Assembly (NCBI GenBank): GCA_963794945.1
Contig: CAWCFT010000001.1
Span: 384,001-448,000 of the forward strand
DNA from: Endomicrobiales bacterium
Lineage (GTDB): Bacteria > Elusimicrobiota > Endomicrobiia > Endomicrobiales > CAWCFT01
Direction: 5' to 3'
Length of the DNA: 64,000 bases
Both the position numbers and the translations under genes were made by a program. Positions 18,383 through 29,027 of the stretch are shown here, piece by piece (within the stretch, counting starts at the first letter, position 1; each line of letters begins with the position of its first letter). Under the pieces are notes generated by a model that saw only the letters and a program-made list of their open reading frames with translations, had not been told where the DNA came from and made no database searches.

Positions 18383-18448
18383 GTTTAAAAGAATGTCTAA
18401 GGCCAAAAAGCCGTTATGTGAACAGAACCGGCTATAAATATATTTATG

Positions 18449-18478
18449 AAGAGCCCGTTACTTTAGGGTTTTTTTTAT
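18449..18478 (+). terminator. Possible intrinsic terminator after pilQ
   Basis: AAGAGCCC...GGGTTTTTTTT. Confidence 0.4.
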
Positions 18479-18491
18479 TTCACGAGATCCA

Positions 18492-20081
18492 ATGAACAGA
18501 TTTTCAAGGCTTGAGCAGGCATTCGGCTACTTAACAGCAGCGGCGCTGTTTATTACGCCTCTAATGCGTTTCTCCTGGGACATCGGCCCGGAAACAATAA
18601 TATACCTGACATCGCTGTTGCTAATACTTTTGATCACAAAAAGCGGTCGTCTATTGTTGACCTCACCAATATACTTGCCATGTATCCTATTAATGGCGTC
18701 AGCCCTAATATCCTTTGCCTTTAATCAAAATGCATCTGTAGTGCGGAATAATATATTTTTACTTGCAAGCTCGATGATTATGGCTTGCGCAGCCATGGCG
18801 ACACCGGAACACGACAGAAAAACAATCCTCTCAGCGCCTGTGCTTGCTGGATTTTTACTTTCTGTGATGCTCCTTTCGCAAACCGTGTTCAGGTTATTCG
18901 GATTGTCAACAAGCAGCACCGACTTTTTAGAGACGATCGTAAACTACAATGTGCTCGCCGGTTATCTTTTGCTGACCTTGCCTTTGTCATTTATCTACTG
19001 GGAGAAAAATGATTTCTCAGCACCGATAATTTCTGTTATTTTGTACGTATCAATATTGGCAACTGGATCAAGGGCAGCAGCAGTCATAGCAACCGGCATT
19101 CTATCGATATATGCATTCTTTCACTTTAAAGATCATAAAGAGCGTTTTTTCTTACTTCTACCAACTTGCATGGCGGCCGTTCTTATCATGATTTTAGGCG
19201 GATCCGGACTTTACCATTCATTATCCGACAGGTTGTTATGGTGGCATTCTGCGCTCCTGATGTTCCTTGATAAACCGTTAACCGGTGTCGGCCTTGGCAA
19301 TTTTGGAGACCTTTATCTTTCATACCGCGCGGCACCTGGTTTAAACAGTGCCTACACACACAACATTATTCTGCAGTTGGCAGCTGAAACCGGGTTAGTC
19401 GGGTTGCTATCGTTTATCTTATTGATCTATAACTTCTTTAGATATGCCGGCAACTCAACTCCCGTAGCTAAAAAAGGCTATAGCCTCGAAATTACATTGT
19501 CTATTGCTGGGTTTCTGGTATTTAACATGTTCGATTACTCATTTTTTGTGCCTTCAATTATGTGCCTGTTCTTTTATATTCTTGGCCTGGGTTTTGAGAG
19601 TTCAGGCAGAGCACTTAGAGGAGGATTCATCAATAAGTACGTATTTTATGGAACCTTTGCTGTCGTGGGACTGTTCCTGGTACGCCCGTTCATATCCAGC
19701 GTTTTTTATAGCCGTAGTGTGTACTGCTTCAACGTTAAAGATTATGAAAGAGCAATAAACTATGCCGAAAGATCGCTTTCATACGACAGCAAAAACCGTC
19801 AGGCATACCTGAAACTTGCTGAAATATATTTTACAAAGTACGCCCTAAACGGCACAACTTCAGAACTTGATAATTCTATAAAAATGCAGCAACACGCTAT
19901 AAACCTTTTTCAAAGGTCAGCGAGGTGTTACTCGGATATCTCATGGCTATACATGGAGTTTGGGAAATACGCCGAAGCCTTAGAAGCGATGAAAACTGCA
20001 GTGTCATACGACAGATTCAATCCCCGCTACCGTGAGACTTTTTTGAATATGGAGAGAAAACTCCAAAATGCAACAAAATAA
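18492..20081 (+). CDS. O-antigen ligase / O-oligosaccharyltransferase family protein with C-terminal TPR
   Basis: Polytopic membrane protein with TGSRAA, R..WW, PLTGVGLGNF and HNIILQLAAETGLVG. TPR-like tail. Confidence 0.85.
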   Translation: MNRFSRLEQAFGYLTAAALFITPLMRFSWDIGPETIIYLTSLLLILLITKSGRLLLTSPIYLPCILLMASALISFAFNQNASVVRNNIFLLASSMIMACAAMATPEHDRKTILSAPVLAGFLLSVMLLSQTVFRLFGLSTSSTDFLETIVNYNVLAGYLLLTLPLSFIYWEKNDFSAPIISVILYVSILATGSRAAAVIATGILSIYAFFHFKDHKERFFLLLPTCMAAVLIMILGGSGLYHSLSDRLLWWHSALLMFLDKPLTGVGLGNFGDLYLSYRAAPGLNSAYTHNIILQLAAETGLVGLLSFILLIYNFFRYAGNSTPVAKKGYSLEITLSIAGFLVFNMFDYSFFVPSIMCLFFYILGLGFESSGRALRGGFINKYVFYGTFAVVGLFLVRPFISSVFYSRSVYCFNVKDYERAINYAERSLSYDSKNRQAYLKLAEIYFTKYALNGTTSELDNSIKMQQHAINLFQRSARCYSDISWLYMEFGKYAEALEAMKTAVSYDRFNPRYRETFLNMERKLQNATK

Positions 20082-22152
20082 TATTGAGCGTATTTCCAAA
20101 AATAATTTATTTCCACATTTTATAATATTGATCTCTGCGGTAGTGTTCTGGTTTAAACTAGTATTTTCCGGCAAAACACTGTTTTTTGACCTCACGACCA
20201 GGTCTTATTATCCAATAGCCTCATTATTCTCTTATTCATGGAAAAACCTCGAAGTGCCTCTCTGGAATCCATACGTTTACTGCGGTATGCCGTTCCTTGC
20301 TAACCCGCAAACAGCCGTTCTCTACCCGTTCAGCTACATCTTTTTAATTTTCAGTTATCCAACCGCATTAAATATTTTCATCATTATCCATACCGCAATA
20401 GCCGGAATGTTCATGTATAAACTCTCCAGAGAATTCGGCATGAGCGATTACGGATCCATAATTTCGGCCTTTATCTTCATGTTTAATGGTTTTTTCGTTC
20501 TTCACGCAGGAATGACCAGCCAAATTGCCGCCTACGTTTGGCTCCCGGGAGTGTTATACTACTTCAAAAAGTATACAACGGAACAATTGCCACTGTACGC
20601 AGTATTTACGGCTATAACATTGACACTCCAGTTCTTTGCGGGCTATCCGGGCTTTGTATATTACACGATCCTTTTTCTTCTTGTTTACCATCTGGTATTT
20701 CTCGAACAGCATTACACATATTTTGAGTCACTCAAAAAGCTTGCTTTAGCATTCGTGAGCGTAGGGGTAATAACTCTTCTATTTTCATCCGCGCAACTTT
20801 TGCCGTCCATAGAACTCGCCGCTAATTCATCCAGAGGCAGCGGACTAGATAGGGCACTCAGCTCAGTCTACTCCATTAGCACGCTCGATTATTGTAGATT
20901 TTTGCTCGTGCCCTTGTGGGATTATTTTCAACCGTTCTATAAAGGTGACGTTCATATAATCGGTTACTATTTCGGGCTCGTCTCGATCGGAGTGTGCCTG
21001 TTTAATTACAAAAATATACGCAAGAAAGAACATTTCTTTTTGATATCGGCATTAGTACTGCTGACTGGATTGGCTATTGGCAGCGGCACACCGCTTTACA
21101 ATATATTCCTATTGATAGTCCCCGGCTGGAAATATTTCAGGTTTCCGGCTCAGGTGATGTATCTTTTTGCGTTCTGTTTCGCGTTATTGACAGGATATAT
21201 GCTGGATATGTTACGTTCAAACTATGTACGGATTATTTTGGTAATTTTAGTATTCACTGAACTATTCCTTTTTAACCTGCGAGCGAATAGGCTAATCGAC
21301 AAGTCATATTACGAGACGACAACACCGAGCGTAGGATTCCTACAAAAAGACAATAGTTTGTTCAGAATAATGCTAACGCCAAAAACGGTCGCGGAACCAC
21401 CCTATTATGACGCCGATTATTACAAGCGCTGGCTAAACTTTAAGGATATGCTATACCCTAATACGGCGTCCGCTTACCGGCTCAGCTATGCAGACGGCTA
21501 CGAGACGATGATGCAGAGTTCGGCGCTCGTACTTTTTAGCAATATAAAAGATCCATCTTCAAAAATACTTGATATAATGAACTTGAAATATATGTTCTCT
21601 AAACGCGAGTTGGGCGAACACAATATGAAGTTGGTAAAAGACGGCTACGTTAAGATATATGAAAATATTCATTGTTTGCCTAGATTTTACATGGCCAACA
21701 AAGCCGAGTTGCTTCGCAGAGATAAAATTATTGACGCTATGCTTGATAAAGGTTTTGATCCTACTAAGACAGTGTTTATTGAAGATACTATGCCGTTTAA
21801 TGTTCAAAACAGCTTTCAATTACAGTTCGCTGGTCAAGACAAAGTTTCTATCGAACAATATACCATGAATAAGTACAAGTTAAATACTTACTCTAAAGAT
21901 GCCAAGTGGCTGTTCTGCGGCGAGGCATATTATCCAGGATGGAAAGCCGAAGTAGACGGTTTGCCTGTAAAAATATACAGAACTGACTACTATTTCAGGG
22001 CTATATTTCTTCCGCCCGGAGCGCATAAGGTATTATTTTACTACGCGCCTATGTCTTTCATACTTGGCCTGTTGATATCAAGCTTATCAGCTATTGCATT
22101 TTTAATATTACTGTTTAAGAACAACCTGTTTATTAAATGGCAGACAATATGA
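20068..22152 (+). CDS. YfhO-like GT-C membrane protein
   Basis: PLWNPYVYCGMPFLANPQTAVLYP, FRFPA, C-terminal YYPGWKAEVDG...FYYAP. Confidence 0.85.
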   Translation: MQQNNIERISKNNLFPHFIILISAVVFWFKLVFSGKTLFFDLTTRSYYPIASLFSYSWKNLEVPLWNPYVYCGMPFLANPQTAVLYPFSYIFLIFSYPTALNIFIIIHTAIAGMFMYKLSREFGMSDYGSIISAFIFMFNGFFVLHAGMTSQIAAYVWLPGVLYYFKKYTTEQLPLYAVFTAITLTLQFFAGYPGFVYYTILFLLVYHLVFLEQHYTYFESLKKLALAFVSVGVITLLFSSAQLLPSIELAANSSRGSGLDRALSSVYSISTLDYCRFLLVPLWDYFQPFYKGDVHIIGYYFGLVSIGVCLFNYKNIRKKEHFFLISALVLLTGLAIGSGTPLYNIFLLIVPGWKYFRFPAQVMYLFAFCFALLTGYMLDMLRSNYVRIILVILVFTELFLFNLRANRLIDKSYYETTTPSVGFLQKDNSLFRIMLTPKTVAEPPYYDADYYKRWLNFKDMLYPNTASAYRLSYADGYETMMQSSALVLFSNIKDPSSKILDIMNLKYMFSKRELGEHNMKLVKDGYVKIYENIHCLPRFYMANKAELLRRDKIIDAMLDKGFDPTKTVFIEDTMPFNVQNSFQLQFAGQDKVSIEQYTMNKYKLNTYSKDAKWLFCGEAYYPGWKAEVDGLPVKIYRTDYYFRAIFLPPGAHKVLFYYAPMSFILGLLISSLSAIAFLILLFKNNLFIKWQTI

Positions 22153-24074
22153 ATTACAGAAAAGAGTATTTCGCCTTGTTGACGCTTTCCATCTTAACCG
22201 TAATATTCTTTTTCCCGGTAATATTTCTTGGCAAAACATTTTATTTAAGAGATCTTACTTATATCTTCCATCCATGGAAAAGCTTGTGCGCCCAAGCCGT
22301 GCAAAGAGGGGAAATCCCGTTATGGGACCAGTATGCATTCTGCGGCATGCCTCTCCTTGCGAACTGGCAATCAGCCGTGTTTTATCCGTTCAGCCTGATT
22401 TTTTATATATTCGATTTCAGTACCGCCCTAAAATTTTACCATTTCTCTCAAGTTATTCTTGCAGGATATTTTGCCTACCTTTTTGGCCGTAAAGAGCTTG
22501 GCAGCAACAATTCGGCTCTTGTCATGATGGTCATCTTTTCATTCAGCGGTTTCTTTATAACTAAACTTGAATTCCTCAGTTATGCTGGCGTTATAGCCTG
22601 GACGTTTGCTCCGATGCTTTTGCGGAAAAACCCTCTGCTTCTGTCTGTGGCATTATGTTTTTCGTTCCTCGCGGGCCACCAGGTCTTTATTTTTCAGGTC
22701 TTTATACTTTTAATGTTCGTATTGTATGACCTCTCGAACACAGAGAACGATGTAACACTAATCAAGAATTACGGCCTAAAACTGGCATTAGCTGCTGTTA
22801 TAGCGATGTGCCTGTCGGCGTGCCAGCTCCTGCCGACAATAGAGCTTATATCAGGCTCTTTCAGAAGCAGGGAAGGCATTGACTATGCAATAGCTATGCT
22901 GCATTCAATCAGTTTTAGCGGGCTCCCAGGATTCATAAGCCCTTTGATACATAATATAAAGTCTGATCTCGTAGCTGGCGAGTTCATGCAGTGGGACACA
23001 ACATTTTATATTGGTTTTGTCGGTATCTGCATAGCAGCGGCCGGGTTGTTAGGTAAAAGATCTGGTAAACTGCGCATTTTGTCCGCGGTTCTTATAGTCA
23101 CCGGAATAGTACTTGCAATGGGGGATAAAACACCAGTATACCCGTGGCTCTACAAGCATTTTTTTATCTTCCACACAATGAGGTATCCTGTTCAATACGC
23201 ATATATATCCGTTGTGGGTTTAACAACACTTGCCGGCATCGGTATAAAGCACTTTAAGTACGGCTTGCTGATAATCGCGCTTTCGGCCGTTGAGCTTCTG
23301 GCCGTTTCAACCGGTTTTCAGCCGCTGGCGGATAACAATTATTTTTATCAGAAGTCTGCCATTATTGATGTTTTACAGAATGACCCTCAAAACACCAGGT
23401 TCATTCTAAGCCCGGGCACAGAAAAGGATAGGTTCATTCACGCTACATCTATCGAAAACGGTTGGCAGAAGGCAAGGGGCAGCCTTTATAATCTAACTTG
23501 CCTTCCTTACCATCTTTCTAACGCCTACGGTTTTGGAGAACCGCTGACCTCATACTCGATAGAGACAACAATAAACGCTATCTATTCTATCACAGGAGCC
23601 CGAAAAGCGGCCCCGGCCTTTAAGGAATTAGGTATCGGCTACCTGATCTGCAGGGATAAGCTTATAGACTCGACGGGTTATACATTGACAACTGATAAAC
23701 CGCTTTATATTTACAAAATAGATTCGAACCCCGGGCCTTACGAGTTTATGCCAATTGCCACAGGCCAAGATACTTTTAAATACTCTGGAGACTTCAATCG
23801 CCGCCATTTCGAGTTCTCAAATACTTCGGATCACAAATTTATCTGGAAAGAATGCATCTACCCTGGGTGGAAATTATTTATTAATTCCAAGCCAACGCCG
23901 TACCGAACATATAAAGGCATGTTCCCTGAGTTTGATGTAAGCGCAGGTCTTAATGACGCTTATTACTTTTACGAACCGCTGTCGTTCCGCCTTGGCCTCT
24001 CGCTTACGCTAATAACGATAATCGTTGGAGTCATTTTTTTATCAAGAAAATTACGGGGCAAAACCGATGAGTAG
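22137..24074 (+). CDS. YfhO-like GT-C membrane protein
   Basis: PLWDQYAFCGMPLLANWQSAVFYP, MRYP, IYPGWK...YYFYEP. Confidence 0.82.
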   Translation: MADNMNYRKEYFALLTLSILTVIFFFPVIFLGKTFYLRDLTYIFHPWKSLCAQAVQRGEIPLWDQYAFCGMPLLANWQSAVFYPFSLIFYIFDFSTALKFYHFSQVILAGYFAYLFGRKELGSNNSALVMMVIFSFSGFFITKLEFLSYAGVIAWTFAPMLLRKNPLLLSVALCFSFLAGHQVFIFQVFILLMFVLYDLSNTENDVTLIKNYGLKLALAAVIAMCLSACQLLPTIELISGSFRSREGIDYAIAMLHSISFSGLPGFISPLIHNIKSDLVAGEFMQWDTTFYIGFVGICIAAAGLLGKRSGKLRILSAVLIVTGIVLAMGDKTPVYPWLYKHFFIFHTMRYPVQYAYISVVGLTTLAGIGIKHFKYGLLIIALSAVELLAVSTGFQPLADNNYFYQKSAIIDVLQNDPQNTRFILSPGTEKDRFIHATSIENGWQKARGSLYNLTCLPYHLSNAYGFGEPLTSYSIETTINAIYSITGARKAAPAFKELGIGYLICRDKLIDSTGYTLTTDKPLYIYKIDSNPGPYEFMPIATGQDTFKYSGDFNRRHFEFSNTSDHKFIWKECIYPGWKLFINSKPTPYRTYKGMFPEFDVSAGLNDAYYFYEPLSFRLGLSLTLITIIVGVIFLSRKLRGKTDE

Positions 24075-26080
24075 GCCGTGGCTAGCTGTTCTCATTATTG
24101 TTTTTCTTACGGCAATAGTATTTGAACCTGTGATATTTCACTTTTCAGCTATGGCCGGCAATTACGGCGACGTTTACCAGCACTACTATCCCATGAAACA
24201 CCTTGTGGCCGAGCAGGTTATTTCCGGCAAGATACCGTTCTGGAACCCATACATTTTTACCGGAGAGCCGCTTCTTGCAAACCCCCAGAGCTCTGTATTT
24301 TACCCCTTAAGCGTATTTTTTTATGTGCTGCCTTTGTCGCAGGCATTCAATATTTTCGAGATGCTGCATATAGTAGCCGGGGGGGTATTCTTCTTTCTGC
24401 TCCTTAAACACTACAAACGGTCCCACACCGCGGCCCTCTCTGGCGCTGTAACTTACTGTTTTTCAAGTTTTTTATTGTACAAAATACCGGCTGGCCACCC
24501 GGCAGCTCTTTCGGGATATATATGGCTTCCGATCCTTATTCTTTTTTCTGAGAACCTTTCAAACAATCAAGAACCGGTGGCTATGATTTTCCTAGCTCTA
24601 ACATTAGTGTTCCAGTTTCTTTCGGGCCACGCGTTTCCATTGTTTATTGGGATTGTATTCTTAGTTGTCTATGTGCTATTCAAGCGTTTTGCGGGTTATA
24701 AATACTTTGCAACTGCAGCCGTGCTTGCGCTGCTGCTTTCGTCAATACAACTTCTTCCTAGTTATGAACTATCTAAAGCTGCGGAAAACGGCAACCTGGC
24801 CGGTCTTGTCGGAAATTACTCTATTTCTCTAAAGAACTTGATCAATTTTGTCCTGCCTGATTATTATGGCAATATAATAGACAAGACCTTCGTCTATCCT
24901 CTTAACCCATCATATTTCTTTGAAAGACACTGCATGTATATCGGCTTGATCCCCTTGTTATTGGCAATAGCGGGATTTTTTCTTTCACTTAAGAGGGGTA
25001 AATATTTTTATCCAGCGCTTTTCGTTATAGGCATAGCTCTTGCGATCGGTTTCCAAAATCCTGTTTATAAAATACTGTACGATCATCTGCCTGGGCTAGA
25101 TCTGCTACGTGTACCGGCCAGGTTCATATATTTATCAATAACCTCGCTGATAATACTTTTTGCGTTCGCATGGGATAGATACATCGGCAAGTTTGGCGCG
25201 CTGGTTAAAGCTATTTTAATACTTCTCATATTTACGGATCTTTTTGTTTGGGGAAACAGGTTCATCTATCCCGGCAACCCTGCCGTCTACCGAAGTAACA
25301 ACTCCATATCGGAAATACTAGACCCAGTTTACCGCATCATAACCGAACCTGACATGATAATGCCGAACAGGTCGATGCTATACCACCATTTCAATCTTAA
25401 CGGCTACGAAGCTATATTTCTAAAGAGTTTCACGCGCTATCTGGGTATGCAGGAAACCGGCGCGCTTAACTCTACCGGATTAAATAAGTCAGAACCTTAA
25501 CTCGCCTCTTTCAAAAGCATTTTCAGTTAGATATCTTGTTACACCTGAGCAGAAACCTGGTTTAACGTCGCTTTTAACGAACGGTAATATAAAGATATAC
25601 GAAATACCGGATTCGTTACCCAGACTATTTTTCGCAAAGCACGTAGATTTACTCGACAGTCATGATTTAAAAGGCCAGTACGAACATCTTAAGAATACTC
25701 TAGTCCCGCCCGACAAAAACTTATTCGTAGAGTGTACTGACGGCGGCACAGAAAAAGATTTCGTTGTCCCTAAAGGCATCGTATCATACAACTGCAGTGC
25801 AAATATGGTTACTGCAGAGTTTAATTTGTCAAAACCGGCAGCGGTTGTGTTCACAAACGCCTACTATAATGACTGGCGGGCAGCGGCAGGCATTTGCACT
25901 TACCCCCTAATGCGCGCGAACAGGGCGTTCCGTGCTGTATTTCTGCCGGCCGGAGATTACACCGGAGACAACAGGCTTTATCTCTATTATTTGCCCTCAA
26001 CATTTATTTTGGGTCTTATGATTACCGGATTTACTATACTTTTGCTGGCTGGTTACTATTTGCGCGGGGAGCTATTATGA
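24067..26080 (+). CDS. YfhO-like GT-C membrane protein (frameshift near 25490)
   Basis: PFWNPYIFTGEPLLANPQSSVFYP and RVPARF. The C-terminal YYNDWRA...YYLP is in the downstream ORF 25805-26080. Confidence 0.8.
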
Positions 26081-26805
26081 TATACGTACTGCTACCGGCT
26101 TATAATGAAGAAAATGATATCGCTGCGCTCTTAAAAGAATTCACGGAAACAAAGCTGGCCTATCCATTAAGGCTCATCATAGTAGACGATGGTTCGACAG
26201 ATGGTACGGCCAACTCCATTCTGGCTTATGACACTAAGCTTCCATTAAAGCTAATTTCACACAAGATCAATATGGGGCTGGGCAAAGCGCTTTCAACAGG
26301 ATTTACATACATAGCCAGTGTAATTGAAGACGACGATATATTGGTTACGATGGATGCGAACAACTCCCATAAACCTAAGCTTATCAACGAACTTACCGCG
26401 AAAACTTATTCGGGCTACGACGTTGTTATAGCTTCACGCTTTGTTAAAGGTGCAGGCGAACGCGGTGTTCCTTTGATCCGCAGGATCTTGAGCTTTTTAG
26501 CCAGCAGGCTAATTAAAGTAATTTTCCCTATATCAAATGCAAGTGATTATACAAGCGGCTTCCGCGCGTTTTCAGCATCAGCCGTTAAAAGGATGGTAGG
26601 CCGCTATGGTTTAGGTGTTGTTAATGAACCTGGTTTTTCTGCTACTCTCGAACTGCTTTTAAAAGCCAAAAAAATAGGGATCAAACTGGCTGAAGTTCCG
26701 CTTATCCTTAGGTATGATGAAAAAACAGGCAAAAGCAAGATGAAGATCATGAGCACGGTCTGCCAGTACTCCAAACTGCTTTTTAAATCTATTTTTTCAG
26801 TCTGA
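26077..26805 (+). CDS. GT2, polyprenol-phosphate sugar synthase (DPM1-like)
   Basis: LPAYNEE, VDDGSTDGT, SDYTSGFRA, GKSKM. The usual DxD reads DAN here. Confidence 0.85.
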   Translation: MIYVLLPAYNEENDIAALLKEFTETKLAYPLRLIIVDDGSTDGTANSILAYDTKLPLKLISHKINMGLGKALSTGFTYIASVIEDDDILVTMDANNSHKPKLINELTAKTYSGYDVVIASRFVKGAGERGVPLIRRILSFLASRLIKVIFPISNASDYTSGFRAFSASAVKRMVGRYGLGVVNEPGFSATLELLLKAKKIGIKLAEVPLILRYDEKTGKSKMKIMSTVCQYSKLLFKSIFSV

Positions 26806-26818
26806 ACACTTTATATTT

Positions 26819-26847
26819 TTGACAACGTCTACATATCTTTGTAATAT
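26819..26847 (+). promoter_or_regulatory. Putative sigma70 promoter
   Basis: TTGACA-17 bp-TAATAT. Confidence 0.55.
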
Positions 26848-26870
26848 TATTGGTCTTTACGGAGGCTACA

Positions 26871-27845
26871 ATTAATAAAAAATTCTTTGCAGGGCTTGCC
26901 ATCGGCGGCGCGTTCTTATACTTTACCCTCAGGCAGATAGACCTTGCCAACTGCTGGCATTATATACGTCAGGCAAGCATTCCCTGGATATGCCTCGCGG
27001 TTTTCGTATATTTTTTGGCGTTTGTCGCGAGAGGATTTAGGTGGGAGCTGTTGGTCGAACCGTTAAAAAGTGGCGTCCCGGTTAAACGTTTATTCTCACT
27101 TTTGGTCATTGGGTTCTTCATGAACAACGTCCTTCCGCTCAGGTTGGGGGAAGTTGTAAGGGCTAACATAGCGGGACAGAAACTATCCACGACAAGGACA
27201 GGCATTCTTGCAACGATACTCGTTGAAAGGTTGTTTGATGGTATTAGCTACATTACCCTTTTTCTGATAACCATAATGCTTCTGCCGTTCCCGGGCTGGG
27301 CCAAGACTTCTTTCTCGATAGGCTCGGTTGTATTCGTTGGGCTACTCGTGATGCTATATTTCCTTCTAAAACACCGTGAGATAGCCGTAAGGTTTATGGA
27401 CAAGATGCCTGTTCCGGCCAGGTTCAAAGTCGTGGCCCAGAACATGTTCAATAGTTTCATTGACGGCCTTCAGATATTCGCCAAAGGGTCATCGCTTGTA
27501 AAAGTATTCTTTCTCTCAGTTCTGGTGTGGTCTATAGAAGGCAGCGTGTTCTTCCTTATGGGACAGTCTTTCGGTATGCATCTAACTATATTCCAGTGCT
27601 TCTTCGTAATGATCATAATAGGGATGGGCGCTATCCTGCCGACCGCCCCGGGCTTCGTTGGCACAGTGGAATTCCTTGGAGTCACCTCGCTTGCTTTTAT
27701 GGGCTTCAACAAAAATGAGGCTTTCGGCTATATCATAACCCTCCACCTGTTGCAATTGGCAACGGTTTCTTTGCTCGGGATACACAGCCTGGTCACCGAA
27801 AATATAAGTTTTTCAGAGCTTATCAGAATTGAAAAACAGCCTTGA
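26871..27845 (+). CDS. Lysylphosphatidylglycerol-synthase-TM / UPF0104 flippase-like protein (possible ATT start)
   Basis: RGFRW, FMNNVLPLRLGEVVR, VERLFD, PTAPGFVG. GGAGG lies 5 nt before ATT at 26871. Confidence 0.85.
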   Translation: MNKKFFAGLAIGGAFLYFTLRQIDLANCWHYIRQASIPWICLAVFVYFLAFVARGFRWELLVEPLKSGVPVKRLFSLLVIGFFMNNVLPLRLGEVVRANIAGQKLSTTRTGILATILVERLFDGISYITLFLITIMLLPFPGWAKTSFSIGSVVFVGLLVMLYFLLKHREIAVRFMDKMPVPARFKVVAQNMFNSFIDGLQIFAKGSSLVKVFFLSVLVWSIEGSVFFLMGQSFGMHLTIFQCFFVMIIIGMGAILPTAPGFVGTVEFLGVTSLAFMGFNKNEAFGYIITLHLLQLATVSLLGIHSLVTENISFSELIRIEKQP

Positions 27846-27857
27846 TTATGATATAAT
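27829..27857 (+). promoter_or_regulatory. Putative sigma70 promoter (leaderless geometry)
   Basis: TTGAAA-17 bp-TATAAT with TG extension, 7 nt before ATG 27865. Confidence 0.55.
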
Positions 27858-27864
27858 TTTCAAT

Positions 27865-29027
27865 ATGGATAAACCAATTGGGATAGGTATGCTCACTGCG
27901 CGGTTCTATCCCTGCCAGGGCGGCGCAGAGATACAGTGCAGGCTCCTTTCGTCACGTCTTATAACATCCGGTCAGAAAGCAACGATACTCACCCAGAAAC
28001 TACCCAAAACTCACGCTTTTGAGTTGATTGACAACATCCCGGTTTACAGGATGGGCCTTCCGATATCGAACAGGTTAGGCTCATTTTTTTATTTTCTTGC
28101 GTCCATAAAGATGATCATAAAGAAATTCAATGACTTCGACATCCTTCACGCGCACATCGCTTCCACACCTGCAATAATAGCTTCGCTTTTCACTATGTCT
28201 TTCAACAAACCGTCAATAGTGAAATTCGCCGGCAGCCGTAATACAGGGGATATAGCGGTTTCGTTGAGAACTATCCATGGCAGAATGAAGCTCAATTTCA
28301 TAAGGGATAACGCCAGCGCATTCGTTTGCCCAAGTAGCGAGGTTGCAACCGAGCTTGAAAAATTCGGTTTTCAGAAAGAGAAGATATATACAATTCCTAA
28401 CGGTGTCGATACCGATACTTACACCCCGGCAAACTCCTCTGAGAAAAATAACTTAAAAAAGCGTATCGGGTTCCCGCTTGGGTCAAAGACAGTTGTTTAT
28501 TCGGGAAGGCTTGAAAAAGGGAAGGGCCTTGAAACCCTGATAGACGCATGGAGATATATAGAGGAAGTGGGTGTCACGCCGGCACCGCATCTTGCGTTAT
28601 TCGGAGAGGGAAGTTCTGATGAAAGCTTTGAAAGATCAGGCCTCGGGCTTGAAAAATGTGCGGTTCTATGGGTGGAGTGACAATCCGGCTGATTATCTTA
28701 GAGCGTTCTGACATATTTGTCCTGCCTTCTGCCGGTGAGGGGATGCCAAATTCACTTATAGAAGCCATGTCGTGCGGGCTAGCATGTGTTTCAACTAATA
28801 TCGGTGGTGTAAGAGAGCTCATAGTACACGACACAAATGGACTGCTATTTAAGCCAGGCAATACCGCAGCACTTGTTGAATGCCTCAAATCGCTTCTTTC
28901 CGGAGAGACTCTCGCTACAAGACTTTGCTCTTCAGCCAGGGAAACTATCCTTAAGAGCTATACGATCGGCCAAGTAACCGTGCGCTACATGGAACTTTAC
29001 CGTAAAGTTATGGTTAAACCGTCATGA
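27865..29027 (+). CDS. GT4 glycosyltransferase (frameshifted around 28610-28690)
   Basis: GGAE, IPNGVD and SGRL in the first ORF; FVLPSAGEGMPNSLIEAMSCG in ORF 28656-29027. Confidence 0.85.

Noticed and set aside
27080..27095. Second copy of the ParB #1 palindrome (GTTAAACGTTTATT)
   Set aside because: Only a short AT-rich core is symmetric, which is compatible with chance.
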